A stretch of DNA of 14,287 nucleotides, from NCBI GenBank assembly GCA_037442825.1, contig JBBIPN010000033.1, positions 1 to 14,287 on the forward strand. Direction: 5' to 3'. The stretch is from Sulfurihydrogenibium sp. Lineage in GTDB: Bacteria > Aquificota > Aquificia > Aquificales > Hydrogenothermaceae. The translations under genes and the position numbers were made by a program. Each line of letters starts with the position of its first letter. Within the stretch, counting starts at the first letter, position 1. Below are positions 1-7,887 of this stretch, in pieces. The notes under the pieces are model-generated. The model ran no database searches and was not told the origin of the DNA. It worked only from the letters and a program-made list of their open reading frames with translations.

Positions 1-600
1 TGTTAAACTTCTTTCTACTTCTGAAAGTCTTACTTTTGATTGTAATAAATCTACTTTTGTAATAAGACCTTCTTTGAAAAATTCTTCCTGTTGTTTATAG
101 ATAGATTTTACAGTTTCATACTCTTTTTGATAGATACTTACCAATGATTTTGCTATAAAAACATCTATATAAGATTTAATAACATCTGCTTTAAGATTGT
201 TTTCAATCTCTATATAGTAAAATGTATTGGATTTTATACTATGTTTTGAAATATCTATTTTATTTTCTGTTAAACCTCCTGTATAAAGTGGTTGATTTAA
301 GCCTACGCTAAATGTTAAAAAATCTTTATTTGATTGCTTAAAAGATATTGGAAAATTTGGAATTTTTGTCATTGGTGTTTCATTATAAAACTTTTGATAT
401 ACGTTTAAATAAACAGTAGGTAAGTATAAATTTAAATCTGCCTTAAGCTGATATTGAGAAGATATTATCTGCTGTTTGTAAGATTTTAGTTCATCGTTAT
501 TTTCTATAGCAAGGTTTATAGATTCTTCAAGAGTTATACTATAAGACGTAGAAGAAAAGAAAAAAAATGTTAATGTTATATTTAATATTTTATTTTTCAA
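1..600 (-). CDS. TolC-family outer membrane efflux protein, N-terminal 200 codons (continues beyond the left edge)
   Basis: Not in the ORF track; translated by hand at both ends. TTG at 600-598 follows a GGAGG SD. It begins MKNKILNITLTFFFFSSTSYS-ITLEESINLAIENN (signal peptide plus the typical OEP 'LEE..LA.ENN' start), then YLPTVYL, QPLYTGG and EGLITKVDLLQSKVRLSEVE, all OEP/TolC-like. It overlaps the TetR stop by 11 nt. Confidence 0.88.
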   Translation of the reverse strand, partial: MKNKILNITLTFFFFSSTSYSITLEESINLAIENNDELKSYKQQIISSQYQLKADLNLYLPTVYLNVYQKFYNETPMTKIPNFPISFKQSNKDFLTFSVGLNQPLYTGGLTENKIDISKHSIKSNTFYYIEIENNLKADVIKSYIDVFIAKSLVSIYQKEYETVKSIYKQQEEFFKEGLITKVDLLQSKVRLSEVERSLT

Positions 601-1174
601 TTAAATCCTCCGATTGATATATACCTTTAATTATTATATCAATACCTTTTTCAATTTTTTCTAACACTTCTTCTAAATTTAAATTTTTTACAAATATATA
701 GTTTAAAAATGTCTGTCTAAGAAAACCTATGATTAAATCTGCTACTATAGAGGCATCTGTATTTGGTATACTTTCCTTTATAATTTCTATCAATAGATTT
801 TGTAAATCGTTTATCTTTTGTATAAACAACTTTCTAAACTCTTCATTTGAACCACTTAACTGAGTAAAAAATATGTTTGCTATATCTTTATTTTTATAAA
901 CTTCCGTAACAAAATCTCTCGAAAAACCTTTTATTTTGGTTGGAAAACCAATATTAACCTTTGAATAAACTTTTAGTTTTTTCATTAAATCTGAATGTAG
1001 CTTTTTTACTAACTCAATAAAGATATCATCTTTACTTTTAAAGTATATATAGAAAGTACCTTGAGCTACACCTGCCTTCTCTACAATATCAGATATTTTT
1101 GTTTCATAAAATCCTTTTTCGCTGAATATTTCTTTTGCAGCTAAAAAAAGTTTTTCTTTAGTACTAATTCTCAA
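590..1174 (-). CDS. TetR/AcrR family transcriptional regulator
   Basis: N-terminal HTH AAKEIFSEKGFYETKISDIVEKAGVAQGTFYIYFKSKDDIF; 194 aa. TTG start with an AGGAG SD; TTGA overlap with the ADH stop. Confidence 0.95.
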   Translation of the reverse strand: MRISTKEKLFLAAKEIFSEKGFYETKISDIVEKAGVAQGTFYIYFKSKDDIFIELVKKLHSDLMKKLKVYSKVNIGFPTKIKGFSRDFVTEVYKNKDIANIFFTQLSGSNEEFRKLFIQKINDLQNLLIEIIKESIPNTDASIVADLIIGFLRQTFLNYIFVKNLNLEEVLEKIEKGIDIIIKGIYQSEDLIEK

Positions 1175-2340
1175 AGTATATTACTCCTTAAAGTAAGATA
1201 TAAGACCTCTTTTAATTTTTCTGGTGTGTATACACTGTCTAATCCCCAAGTTTTTGCTGTTGTCTCACATACATGGTTTGCTATTTTTTCAATATCTGAA
1301 GATGGAATATTTTCATCCTGTAATGATACAGGCGCACCTATTTTTGCAAACCAGCTTTTCAATGCTTTTATTCCTTCTTCAGCATTTTCTTTACTAAAAA
1401 TTTCTCTTGCAAATCTTTTAAACTGACCTGTATTTTTATCTTTATACCACCACATCCATGCTGGAATAACGATAGATAAACATGCTCCATGAGGTAAATC
1501 GTAAAGTGCTCCTAGGGAGTGTGCTATCATATGGTTAACATATATTCCTCCACCATAACCAAGCCTTGTAATACCATTTAGTGCTAATGTAGCAGCCCAC
1601 ATAAATTCTGCTCTTACTTTGTAATCATAGGGATTTTCTAAAATTTTTTCTGTAGTTTCCATAACTGTTTTTACTATAGATTCTACAAGTCTATTGCTAA
1701 TATTTGGACATATATTACATGTAAAATACCATTCTATTACATGAGCTATAGTATCTACAGCAGCATATGCTTGATACTGTTTAGAAACACTAAATGTAAG
1801 TTCTGGGTTAAGTATAGATACTTTTGGATATATAACCTCTGATGCAATAGAAAGCTTTTCTAACGTTTCTTCATTTGTAATGACAGCATAACCATTCATC
1901 TCACTTCCAGTAGCTGCTAGTGTTAATATTGTAAAGATAGGTAAAGCATCTTTTATAACTTTATTGTGGTCTTTAAAGTAATCCCAAATATCTCCTTCAA
2001 CTTTTACTCCAGCAGCGATAGTTTTCCCTTCATCTAAAACAGAACCACCACCTACAGCTAAAACAGCATCAACATTTTCTTTTTTTGCTTTATCTATGCC
2101 TTCCCTTGTATGACTTAAAACTGGATTTGGTTTTACACCTGGATGTTCTACAAATTCTATTTGTGCATCTTTTAAACTTTCAACTACTTTATTATATAAT
2201 CCAATTTCTTTAATTGAACCTTGCCCATAGACAAATAAAACCTTTTTAACGCCGTAAGATTTTAAAACATTTCCAATTTCTTTTTCTCTACCTTTTCCAA
2301 ATAATATTTTTGTAGGATTATAAAATTCAAATTCTTTCAT
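1171..2340 (-). CDS. Iron-containing alcohol dehydrogenase (BdhA/YqhD-like butanol dehydrogenase/aldehyde reductase)
   Basis: Motifs FYNPTKILFG, GVKPNP, AVGGGSVLD and TLAATGSEMN. Metal ligands in DTIAH, NHMIAH and PHG. ATGA overlap with the RND stop. Confidence 0.95.
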   Translation of the reverse strand: MKEFEFYNPTKILFGKGREKEIGNVLKSYGVKKVLFVYGQGSIKEIGLYNKVVESLKDAQIEFVEHPGVKPNPVLSHTREGIDKAKKENVDAVLAVGGGSVLDEGKTIAAGVKVEGDIWDYFKDHNKVIKDALPIFTILTLAATGSEMNGYAVITNEETLEKLSIASEVIYPKVSILNPELTFSVSKQYQAYAAVDTIAHVIEWYFTCNICPNISNRLVESIVKTVMETTEKILENPYDYKVRAEFMWAATLALNGITRLGYGGGIYVNHMIAHSLGALYDLPHGACLSIVIPAWMWWYKDKNTGQFKRFAREIFSKENAEEGIKALKSWFAKIGAPVSLQDENIPSSDIEKIANHVCETTAKTWGLDSVYTPEKLKEVLYLTLRSNIL

Positions 2341-5300
2341 CCTTTATTCCCTCCTGAAACTATGTTTTTTAAATCAGTTATTTTATCTATTACAATGTAC
2401 ATAATAGGAATAACAAACAAGCTTATAGTTAGTGCTGTAAATAAACCACCTATCACGGCTAGTGCAAGCGGTTGTCTCATTTCAGAACCTTCTGTTAAAC
2501 CTAATGCAACAGGTATTAAAGAAGCAAATATTGTAAATGTGGTCATAAGTATAGGTCTTAATCTCTCTTTTCTTGCCTGTAGTATTGCATTTAACGTATC
2601 TATTCCTTCTTGTTTTAATTGTATTATTCTTTCTATAAATAAGACACTATCTCTTGTTACTAATCCGATTAAAAGTATTATCCCAAAGTATGTAGTAATG
2701 TTTAGTGTATTTCCAGCTATAAGTATAAGTCCAAAAGCACCACTAATAGCAAAAGGAACTGTAAGTAAAACTGTAAATGGATGTATTAAGCTTTCAAACA
2801 GTGAAGACAGAATCATGTAAACAGCAATTATTGCAACTAAAAGAGCTAAACTTAAATAACCAAATGTTCTTTTAAACTCTTTTGTTTGCCCTCCTAACTC
2901 ATAAGTATAACCTGCTGGTAATGAATTTTTTAATAAATTTTCAACTTCAATTGTTGCTTCCCCTACAGACTTACCACCAGTAACGTTAGTATAAAGGGTA
3001 AAACTGTACTGTCTATTATAACGATTTATAACGTTATACCCTGGTGATAAATTATAAGTTATAAAGTTTGAAAGTGGTATAAGTTTATTGTCTTTTCCTT
3101 TTACGTATATTTTAGATAAATTATCAAAACTTGTTAAGAAGTTCTCATCTGCTTTTATATAAATATCATAACTTTCAGAACCTTTTTCATAACTATCTAT
3201 CCTATATTTTCCAAAGATAAAATTTAATGTTTTAGCTATATTTTCTACTGAAATACTGTAGTTTAAAGCTTTATCTCTATCTATATCGATTTTAATCTCT
3301 GGTTTGTTTATCCTTAAATCCGTATCAACATCTGTATATCCAGGGGTAGTTCTTAACTGAGATTCTAGTTTTGTAGCTAACTTTGATAATTCACTTAAAT
3401 CTGGACCTTTTATTATATACATTATATCTGCTGACCTTCCAGCCCTTGGACCAACAGCAGAAGGTATATCAATTATAGCTCTTACATCAGAAACTTTAGA
3501 CAGTTCTCTTCTTAAAGAATCCATAATAACTTTTTGGTGTGGTCTTCCACTACTTCTATCTTTAAGGGTTACAAAGAATATTCCGCCATTTACTTCAGGT
3601 CTTCCAGCTATACCTTCCCCAAGTGCCATACCATAACGTAATACATAAGGATTCTTTTCAATAATTTTTTCTATTTCTTTTGCTTTTTTGTCTGTAAAAT
3701 CAAATGAAGATCCAGTAGGTGTTTCAAATCTAATTAAAAACCTCCCTTCATCTACGATAGGTGTAAACTCCTTAGGTGTTATAGATGCAAGTTTGAAACC
3801 TACTAAAATACTTACTATCGATAGAGATATAACTATTAATTTATTATTTAAAGACCATCTTAAAGCCATATCAAATATACTTTCAAATTTATCATAAAAT
3901 CTTTGAATAACGTTTTTTTCTGATACCTTTACTAAACGAGCTGAAAGCATAGGTGTAAAGCTAAGAGATACAATATAAGATATCGCTATTGCTATAATTA
4001 AACCCAAAGCAAAACCAAAGAAAAATTTACCAACTACGCTTTTTATAAATAAAACTGGTACAAATATAGCTATAAGTGAAGCAGTAGAAGCTAATACAGC
4101 AAATATAACAATTCTTGTTCCTTTCTCTGCTGCTTCAATTCCTTTCAATCCTTCTTCACTTCTTCTGTATATGCTTTCCATAACAACGATAGCATCATCT
4201 ATTACAAGTCCAACTGCAACTGCCAATGCAAGTAATGTAAATGTGTTTAATGTTTGACCAAAAAAGTTTAAAAAAGCTATAGCTCCAAGTATTGAAACAG
4301 GTATCGCTAAAATTGGTACAAATGTCATTCTAAAACTACCTAAAAAGAAAAATACTACAACAGCTGTTAAAATAGCACCTATTAAAATCTCATGTATAGC
4401 ATCACTTACACTTTTTTCTATGAAGGTAGAAGCATCAAAGTTAATATCTAACCTTAATCCAGTTGGTAGTTGTTTATTTATTTCGTTCATTTTATCAGTA
4501 ACTCTTTTTGAAACCTCTACGGTGTTTTCTTTTGCTTGTTTATAGATGATGAGAGCTATTGCAGATTCAGCTTTTTTTGAATCAAAAGCTTTAAATCTTA
4601 CAGCACTTCTTTTTTCATCGAAGGTAAAATCAGTTTTTCCAACATCTTTTATTCTTATATTGTCTTTTATAATTATATTTTCTATATTCTCTGCTGTCTT
4701 TCCTTTTCCGTATACTCTTAGAGTATACTCTCTATCCTTACTATCTACTCTACCGGAAGGAATTTCAATGTTATTTTTTGAAAGTGCATCTACTACATCT
4801 AAAGGTGTAAGTTTATAACCAGCTAATTTTAAAGGGTCTATCCTTATCCACATTACATAGTCTCTAAATCCACCTAAATCTACTTCACCTACACCTTTAA
4901 TCCTTTCGAACTCTCTTTTTACTACTTTATCAGCAAAATAACTTAATGTTCCATAATCTACATTTCCATGAAGTAAAATAGCCATTATAGGTGCCATTGA
5001 AGTATCTACTTTTCTTACAATTGGTGGATCAGCATCTTTTGGTAACTGTCTTTGAACTCTATTAACAACATCCCTTACTTCTTGAGCTGCAATATCTATG
5101 TCTTTATTTAAATCAAATATAATTGTTATCCTTGATAATCCTGTATAACTTGAAGAAGATACAGCTTCTATACCACTTATAGTTGCAAGTTCATCTTCTA
5201 TTACTTTTGTAATATTTGTATCTACAACATAAGGATTTGCTCCTTTATAAGTTGTTGAAACAGATACAATTGGAAAATCAACATCTGGATTTCTGTCTAC

Positions 5301-5393
5301 CGGAATATATTTCAAACTGTATAAACCAGCTATTATGAAAGCCAATATAAACATCCAGGAAGTAATAGGTCTTCTAATAAAAAATCTATACAT
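2337..5393 (-). CDS. RND efflux transporter permease subunit (AcrB/AcrD/AcrF family)
   Basis: 1018 aa with two TM clusters and two large periplasmic loops. Motifs FIRRPI, PDVDFP, GLVIDDAIVVME, TPMLSA and ERLRPILMTT. AGGAG SD upstream of the ATG. Confidence 0.96.
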   Translation of the reverse strand: MYRFFIRRPITSWMFILAFIIAGLYSLKYIPVDRNPDVDFPIVSVSTTYKGANPYVVDTNITKVIEDELATISGIEAVSSSSYTGLSRITIIFDLNKDIDIAAQEVRDVVNRVQRQLPKDADPPIVRKVDTSMAPIMAILLHGNVDYGTLSYFADKVVKREFERIKGVGEVDLGGFRDYVMWIRIDPLKLAGYKLTPLDVVDALSKNNIEIPSGRVDSKDREYTLRVYGKGKTAENIENIIIKDNIRIKDVGKTDFTFDEKRSAVRFKAFDSKKAESAIALIIYKQAKENTVEVSKRVTDKMNEINKQLPTGLRLDINFDASTFIEKSVSDAIHEILIGAILTAVVVFFFLGSFRMTFVPILAIPVSILGAIAFLNFFGQTLNTFTLLALAVAVGLVIDDAIVVMESIYRRSEEGLKGIEAAEKGTRIVIFAVLASTASLIAIFVPVLFIKSVVGKFFFGFALGLIIAIAISYIVSLSFTPMLSARLVKVSEKNVIQRFYDKFESIFDMALRWSLNNKLIVISLSIVSILVGFKLASITPKEFTPIVDEGRFLIRFETPTGSSFDFTDKKAKEIEKIIEKNPYVLRYGMALGEGIAGRPEVNGGIFFVTLKDRSSGRPHQKVIMDSLRRELSKVSDVRAIIDIPSAVGPRAGRSADIMYIIKGPDLSELSKLATKLESQLRTTPGYTDVDTDLRINKPEIKIDIDRDKALNYSISVENIAKTLNFIFGKYRIDSYEKGSESYDIYIKADENFLTSFDNLSKIYVKGKDNKLIPLSNFITYNLSPGYNVINRYNRQYSFTLYTNVTGGKSVGEATIEVENLLKNSLPAGYTYELGGQTKEFKRTFGYLSLALLVAIIAVYMILSSLFESLIHPFTVLLTVPFAISGAFGLILIAGNTLNITTYFGIILLIGLVTRDSVLFIERIIQLKQEGIDTLNAILQARKERLRPILMTTFTIFASLIPVALGLTEGSEMRQPLALAVIGGLFTALTISLFVIPIMYIVIDKITDLKNIVSGGNKG

Positions 5394-5426
5394 AATAAAA
5401 GCTCCTAATATTGTTTTAATTGTTTA

Positions 5427-5456
5427 ATTATATTATATGACTGATAAATCAGTCAA
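5427..5456 (-). promoter_or_regulatory. sigma70-type promoter of the RND operon
   Basis: Minus strand TTGACT (5456-5451), 18-nt spacer, TATAAT (5432-5427), about 35 nt upstream of the RND start. Confidence 0.75.
5438..5455. promoter_or_regulatory. Palindromic operator, probably bound by the co-encoded TetR
   Basis: TGACTGAT-AA-ATCAGTCA has perfect 8-bp arms and overlaps the -35 and the spacer of the promoter above. Confidence 0.75.
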
Positions 5457-5533
5457 GATAAAATATTTCTAAAAATTAGAAATGTCTTTATTAATTATTA
5501 TTGATACTAAAAAGTTTATCTCTCAAAGTAATC

Positions 5534-5606
5534 TTGTGATCAATTATACATTTATTTAGTATATTAATATAGAATCTATTGACGAAACAAAAATAAGATT
5601 TATATT
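5534..5606 (+). promoter_or_regulatory. Two candidate tandem promoters for hsp20
   Basis: TTGTGA(5534)-N17-TAGTAT(5557) and TTGACG(5579)-N16-TATATT(5601). Both are imperfect matches in AT-rich DNA. Confidence 0.4.
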
Positions 5607-5641
5607 TTTTTATATAAAAAATTATATAAGGAGGTGTAAAT
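5598..5641 (+). promoter_or_regulatory. SD-sequestering hairpin, candidate fourU-like RNA thermometer
   Basis: 5598-5617 pairs with 5641-5622 over 20 consecutive pairs (15 AU, 5 GU) around an AAAA loop. The U7 tract pairs with AAGGAGG. Confidence 0.55.
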
Positions 5642-6092
5642 GATGGACAGAAGATTAATCCCAGCAATAGCAATTTCACCATTAAGAGAGTTAGCAAGAT
5701 TAGAAAATGAGATTAACAGATTCTTAAAGGAATTTTTACCTGCGGAAGCTCAAACTGTAGAAGTAGTCACATGGTCTCCAAGGGTAGATGTTTATGAAAA
5801 AGATAATAACATCATTGTTGAAGCTGAAATCCCAGGTGCTAAAAAAGAAGATATAGAGGTTAAAATTAAGGATAACGCTTTAATAGTAAAAGGTGAAGTT
5901 AAAAAAGAAGAAGAAAAGAAGGAAGAAAGTTATCACAGAAAAGAAAGATTCTATGGAAAATTTGAAAGAGTTATATCTTTACCAACAGATGTAAAAGTTG
6001 AGGAAGCAAAAGCAGAATACCAAGATGGTGTACTTAAACTAACAATTCCAAAAGCAGTTCAAGAAAAAGAAGTAAAAATTGAAATAAAATAA
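5640..6092 (+). CDS. Small heat shock protein, Hsp20/alpha-crystallin family
   Basis: Motifs WSPRVDVYE, AEIPG, ERFYGKFERVISLP and AEYQDGVLKLTIPK, plus the C-terminal IxI motif (IEI). SD AAGGAGGT; the start may be the second ATG at 5643. Confidence 0.97.
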   Translation: MMDRRLIPAIAISPLRELARLENEINRFLKEFLPAEAQTVEVVTWSPRVDVYEKDNNIIVEAEIPGAKKEDIEVKIKDNALIVKGEVKKEEEKKEESYHRKERFYGKFERVISLPTDVKVEEAKAEYQDGVLKLTIPKAVQEKEVKIEIK

Positions 6093-6102
6093 AAAAACTA
6101 TC

Positions 6103-6131
6103 AGCCTACCTAAAAAGGTAGGCTTTTTTTT
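6103..6131 (+). terminator. Rho-independent terminator of hsp20
   Basis: AGCCTACCT-AAAA-AGGTAGGCT followed by a T run, 10 nt after the stop. Confidence 0.92.
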
Positions 6132-6179
6132 CATTTGGTATCATTTTTAAGTCATCTTATAAAAAATATCAAAACCATC

Positions 6180-6188
6180 TGATATAAT
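6180..6188 (+). promoter_or_regulatory. Extended -10 promoter for the DUF4139-like/rsmI unit
   Basis: TGATATAAT (TGnTATAAT) about 32 nt upstream of ATG 6221 and downstream of the hsp20 terminator. Confidence 0.6.
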
Positions 6189-6220
6189 ATTTTCATTATT
6201 GAAAAATTTTAGGAGTGTTT

Positions 6221-7066
6221 ATGTTTAGAAAAGCTTTTACTTTTATTTTTACATTAATTATATTTGCTTTTTCATATGCAGATAGTATTATAGTAGCTAA
6301 AAAAGGTAACGCTACTTATATTCAGTATTCTCAATTTTTATTAGCACAAGGTGAAACGGTTATAGGTCCTATACAGTTACTTGTAGGTGCAGATATTGGT
6401 AATATATTGATTAAACCTTCCAACAGTGATATTAAAGTTTTAGGATACATATCAGAACCAGCATCTAATAATCTACTTGAAAATCTTGTAGGCAAAACTA
6501 TTTCAGTAGAAGGTGAAGGAAGAGTAATAAGAGGAACAGTAATATCTGTAAAAGATGAATTTATAACATTAGATACAAAAAATGGTGTTGTTATAATAAC
6601 TATTCCAAAATTCCCAAATAGGATATCATCTTCTTTAAAATGGCAAGATTTACTGTCTCCAAGGATAACTATAAAACTTTCATCTAATAAACCAACAAAT
6701 GCTGGAATAAATCTAATATATCCAATAACTGGTTTTCAATGGGATGTAGTATATTCAGCTGAAATATCAGGTAATAAAGTTATATTAAATGGGTTCTATA
6801 AAATAATAAACTCTACACCTGTAAAATTAAATGATGTCAATCTCTATATAAAAGATGGTGAGAAAGTTATAAAACTTCAAGAAAACGTTATTTTTGAATC
6901 GTACACATCAAAAAATATTTCTATAGATAAAGTTATTTTACCTTTGCAAAAGGAGATTAAAATAAATTCAGAAAAGTACTTTCCTGATGGTAAAGTAGCT
7001 TTTTATAAAAATAATGTATACATTGGAAACGGTATTATTGTTAATAAAATACTTAAATTACCGTGA
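6221..7066 (+). CDS. Secreted hypothetical protein, DUF4139-like (short form)
   Basis: Start moved to ATG 6221 because the AGGAG SD at 6211-6215 overlaps the GTG of the ORF track. Signal peptide ending ...FAFSYA-D, beta-rich body. Segments LLENLVGKTI, LIYPITGFQWDVVY, LNGFYKIINST and FPDGKVAFY resemble DUF4139 proteins; the family was assigned by eye. Confidence 0.55.
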   Translation: MFRKAFTFIFTLIIFAFSYADSIIVAKKGNATYIQYSQFLLAQGETVIGPIQLLVGADIGNILIKPSNSDIKVLGYISEPASNNLLENLVGKTISVEGEGRVIRGTVISVKDEFITLDTKNGVVIITIPKFPNRISSSLKWQDLLSPRITIKLSSNKPTNAGINLIYPITGFQWDVVYSAEISGNKVILNGFYKIINSTPVKLNDVNLYIKDGEKVIKLQENVIFESYTSKNISIDKVILPLQKEIKINSEKYFPDGKVAFYKNNVYIGNGIIVNKILKLP

Positions 7067-7887
7067 GTAAAACTTTATACGTAGTAGCTACACCTATTGG
7101 TAATTTAAAAGATATAACTTTTAGAGCTATTGAAGTACTAAAAAATGTTGATTATATAGCCTGTGAAGATACAAGAGAAACGTTAAAGCTTTTACTTAAT
7201 TATGGTATTGAAAATAAACAGCTTATAGTATACAACGATTACAATGAAAATATAGTTGCAGATAGAATAGTTGATTTACTGAAAAATCATGATGTTGCCT
7301 TAGTTAGTGATGCAGGAACTCCTTCCATATCTGACCCTGGTTATAGAGTAGTAAAAAAAGCTATAGAAAATGGTATTAAAGTAGTTCCAATACCAGGTCC
7401 ATTTGCAGGTATTACGGCTTTGTCTGTTTCTGGATTACCTACAGATAAATTTTTATTTGTAGGTTTTTTACCAAATAAGAAAAATCAAAAAAGAGAAGAC
7501 TTAGAATACTATCTTAGTTTAAATATTACATTAATTGTTTATGAAAGTCCAAAAAGAGTGATAGATACGTTAAAGTTAATAGAAGAGATAAATAGTAATG
7601 TGAATGTAGTTATTGCAAAAGAGTTAACAAAGATACACGAAGAATTTATTCGTGGTAATCCTTCTGAAATATTAGCTTACTTTTCTAAAAATCCAGATAA
7701 AATAAAAGGTGAGTTTGTAATTCTTATAGAACCTGTAGGTGAAAAGGAGTTAGATTATGAAAAAATAAAAGAAAAAATTAAAACCTTAAAAAACAAGAAT
7801 CTTTCAACAAAAGAAATTGCTCAAATATTGGCTACAGAATTTAAAATTTCAAAAAGTAAAGCTTATAAATTAGTTTTAGATTTCTAA
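7063..7887 (+). CDS. rsmI: 16S rRNA (cytidine1402-2'-O)-methyltransferase
   Basis: Motifs LYVVATPIGNLKDIT, ACEDTR, VSDAGTPSISDPG, YESPKR, KELTKIHEE and KGEFV. GTGA overlap with the upstream gene. Confidence 0.97.
   Translation: MSKTLYVVATPIGNLKDITFRAIEVLKNVDYIACEDTRETLKLLLNYGIENKQLIVYNDYNENIVADRIVDLLKNHDVALVSDAGTPSISDPGYRVVKKAIENGIKVVPIPGPFAGITALSVSGLPTDKFLFVGFLPNKKNQKREDLEYYLSLNITLIVYESPKRVIDTLKLIEEINSNVNVVIAKELTKIHEEFIRGNPSEILAYFSKNPDKIKGEFVILIEPVGEKELDYEKIKEKIKTLKNKNLSTKEIAQILATEFKISKSKAYKLVLDF

Noticed and set aside
1226..1426. 66-aa plus-strand ORF
   Set aside because: Lies fully antisense to the ADH and has no recognisable motif; shadow ORF.
2362..2820. 152-aa plus-strand ORF
   Set aside because: Antisense to the RND TM region; its composition is explained by opposite-strand codon bias.
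3688..3897. 69-aa plus-strand ORF
   Set aside because: Antisense shadow of the RND gene.
4546..4818. 90-aa plus-strand ORF
   Set aside because: Antisense shadow of the RND gene.
5535..5550. Rex site or NifA/sigma54 enhancer interpretation
   Set aside because: The right half-site is a poor match to Rex TTGTGAA-N4-TTCACAA, and no sigma54 -24/-12 GG-N10-GC promoter is visible nearby. Kept only as a weak generic site.
5606..5621. Palindrome TTTTTTATATAAAAAA as a terminator or independent hairpin
   Set aside because: Only about 6 AU pairs and no GC stem; the 20-bp SD-pairing register should outcompete it.
5491..5697. 68-aa minus-strand ORF
   Set aside because: Overlaps the hsp20 start and its regulatory region; low-complexity AT-driven translation and no convincing SD.
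6215..6220. ORF-track GTG start of the DUF4139-like gene
   Set aside because: The GTG overlaps the AGGAG SD; ATG 6221 is properly spaced.
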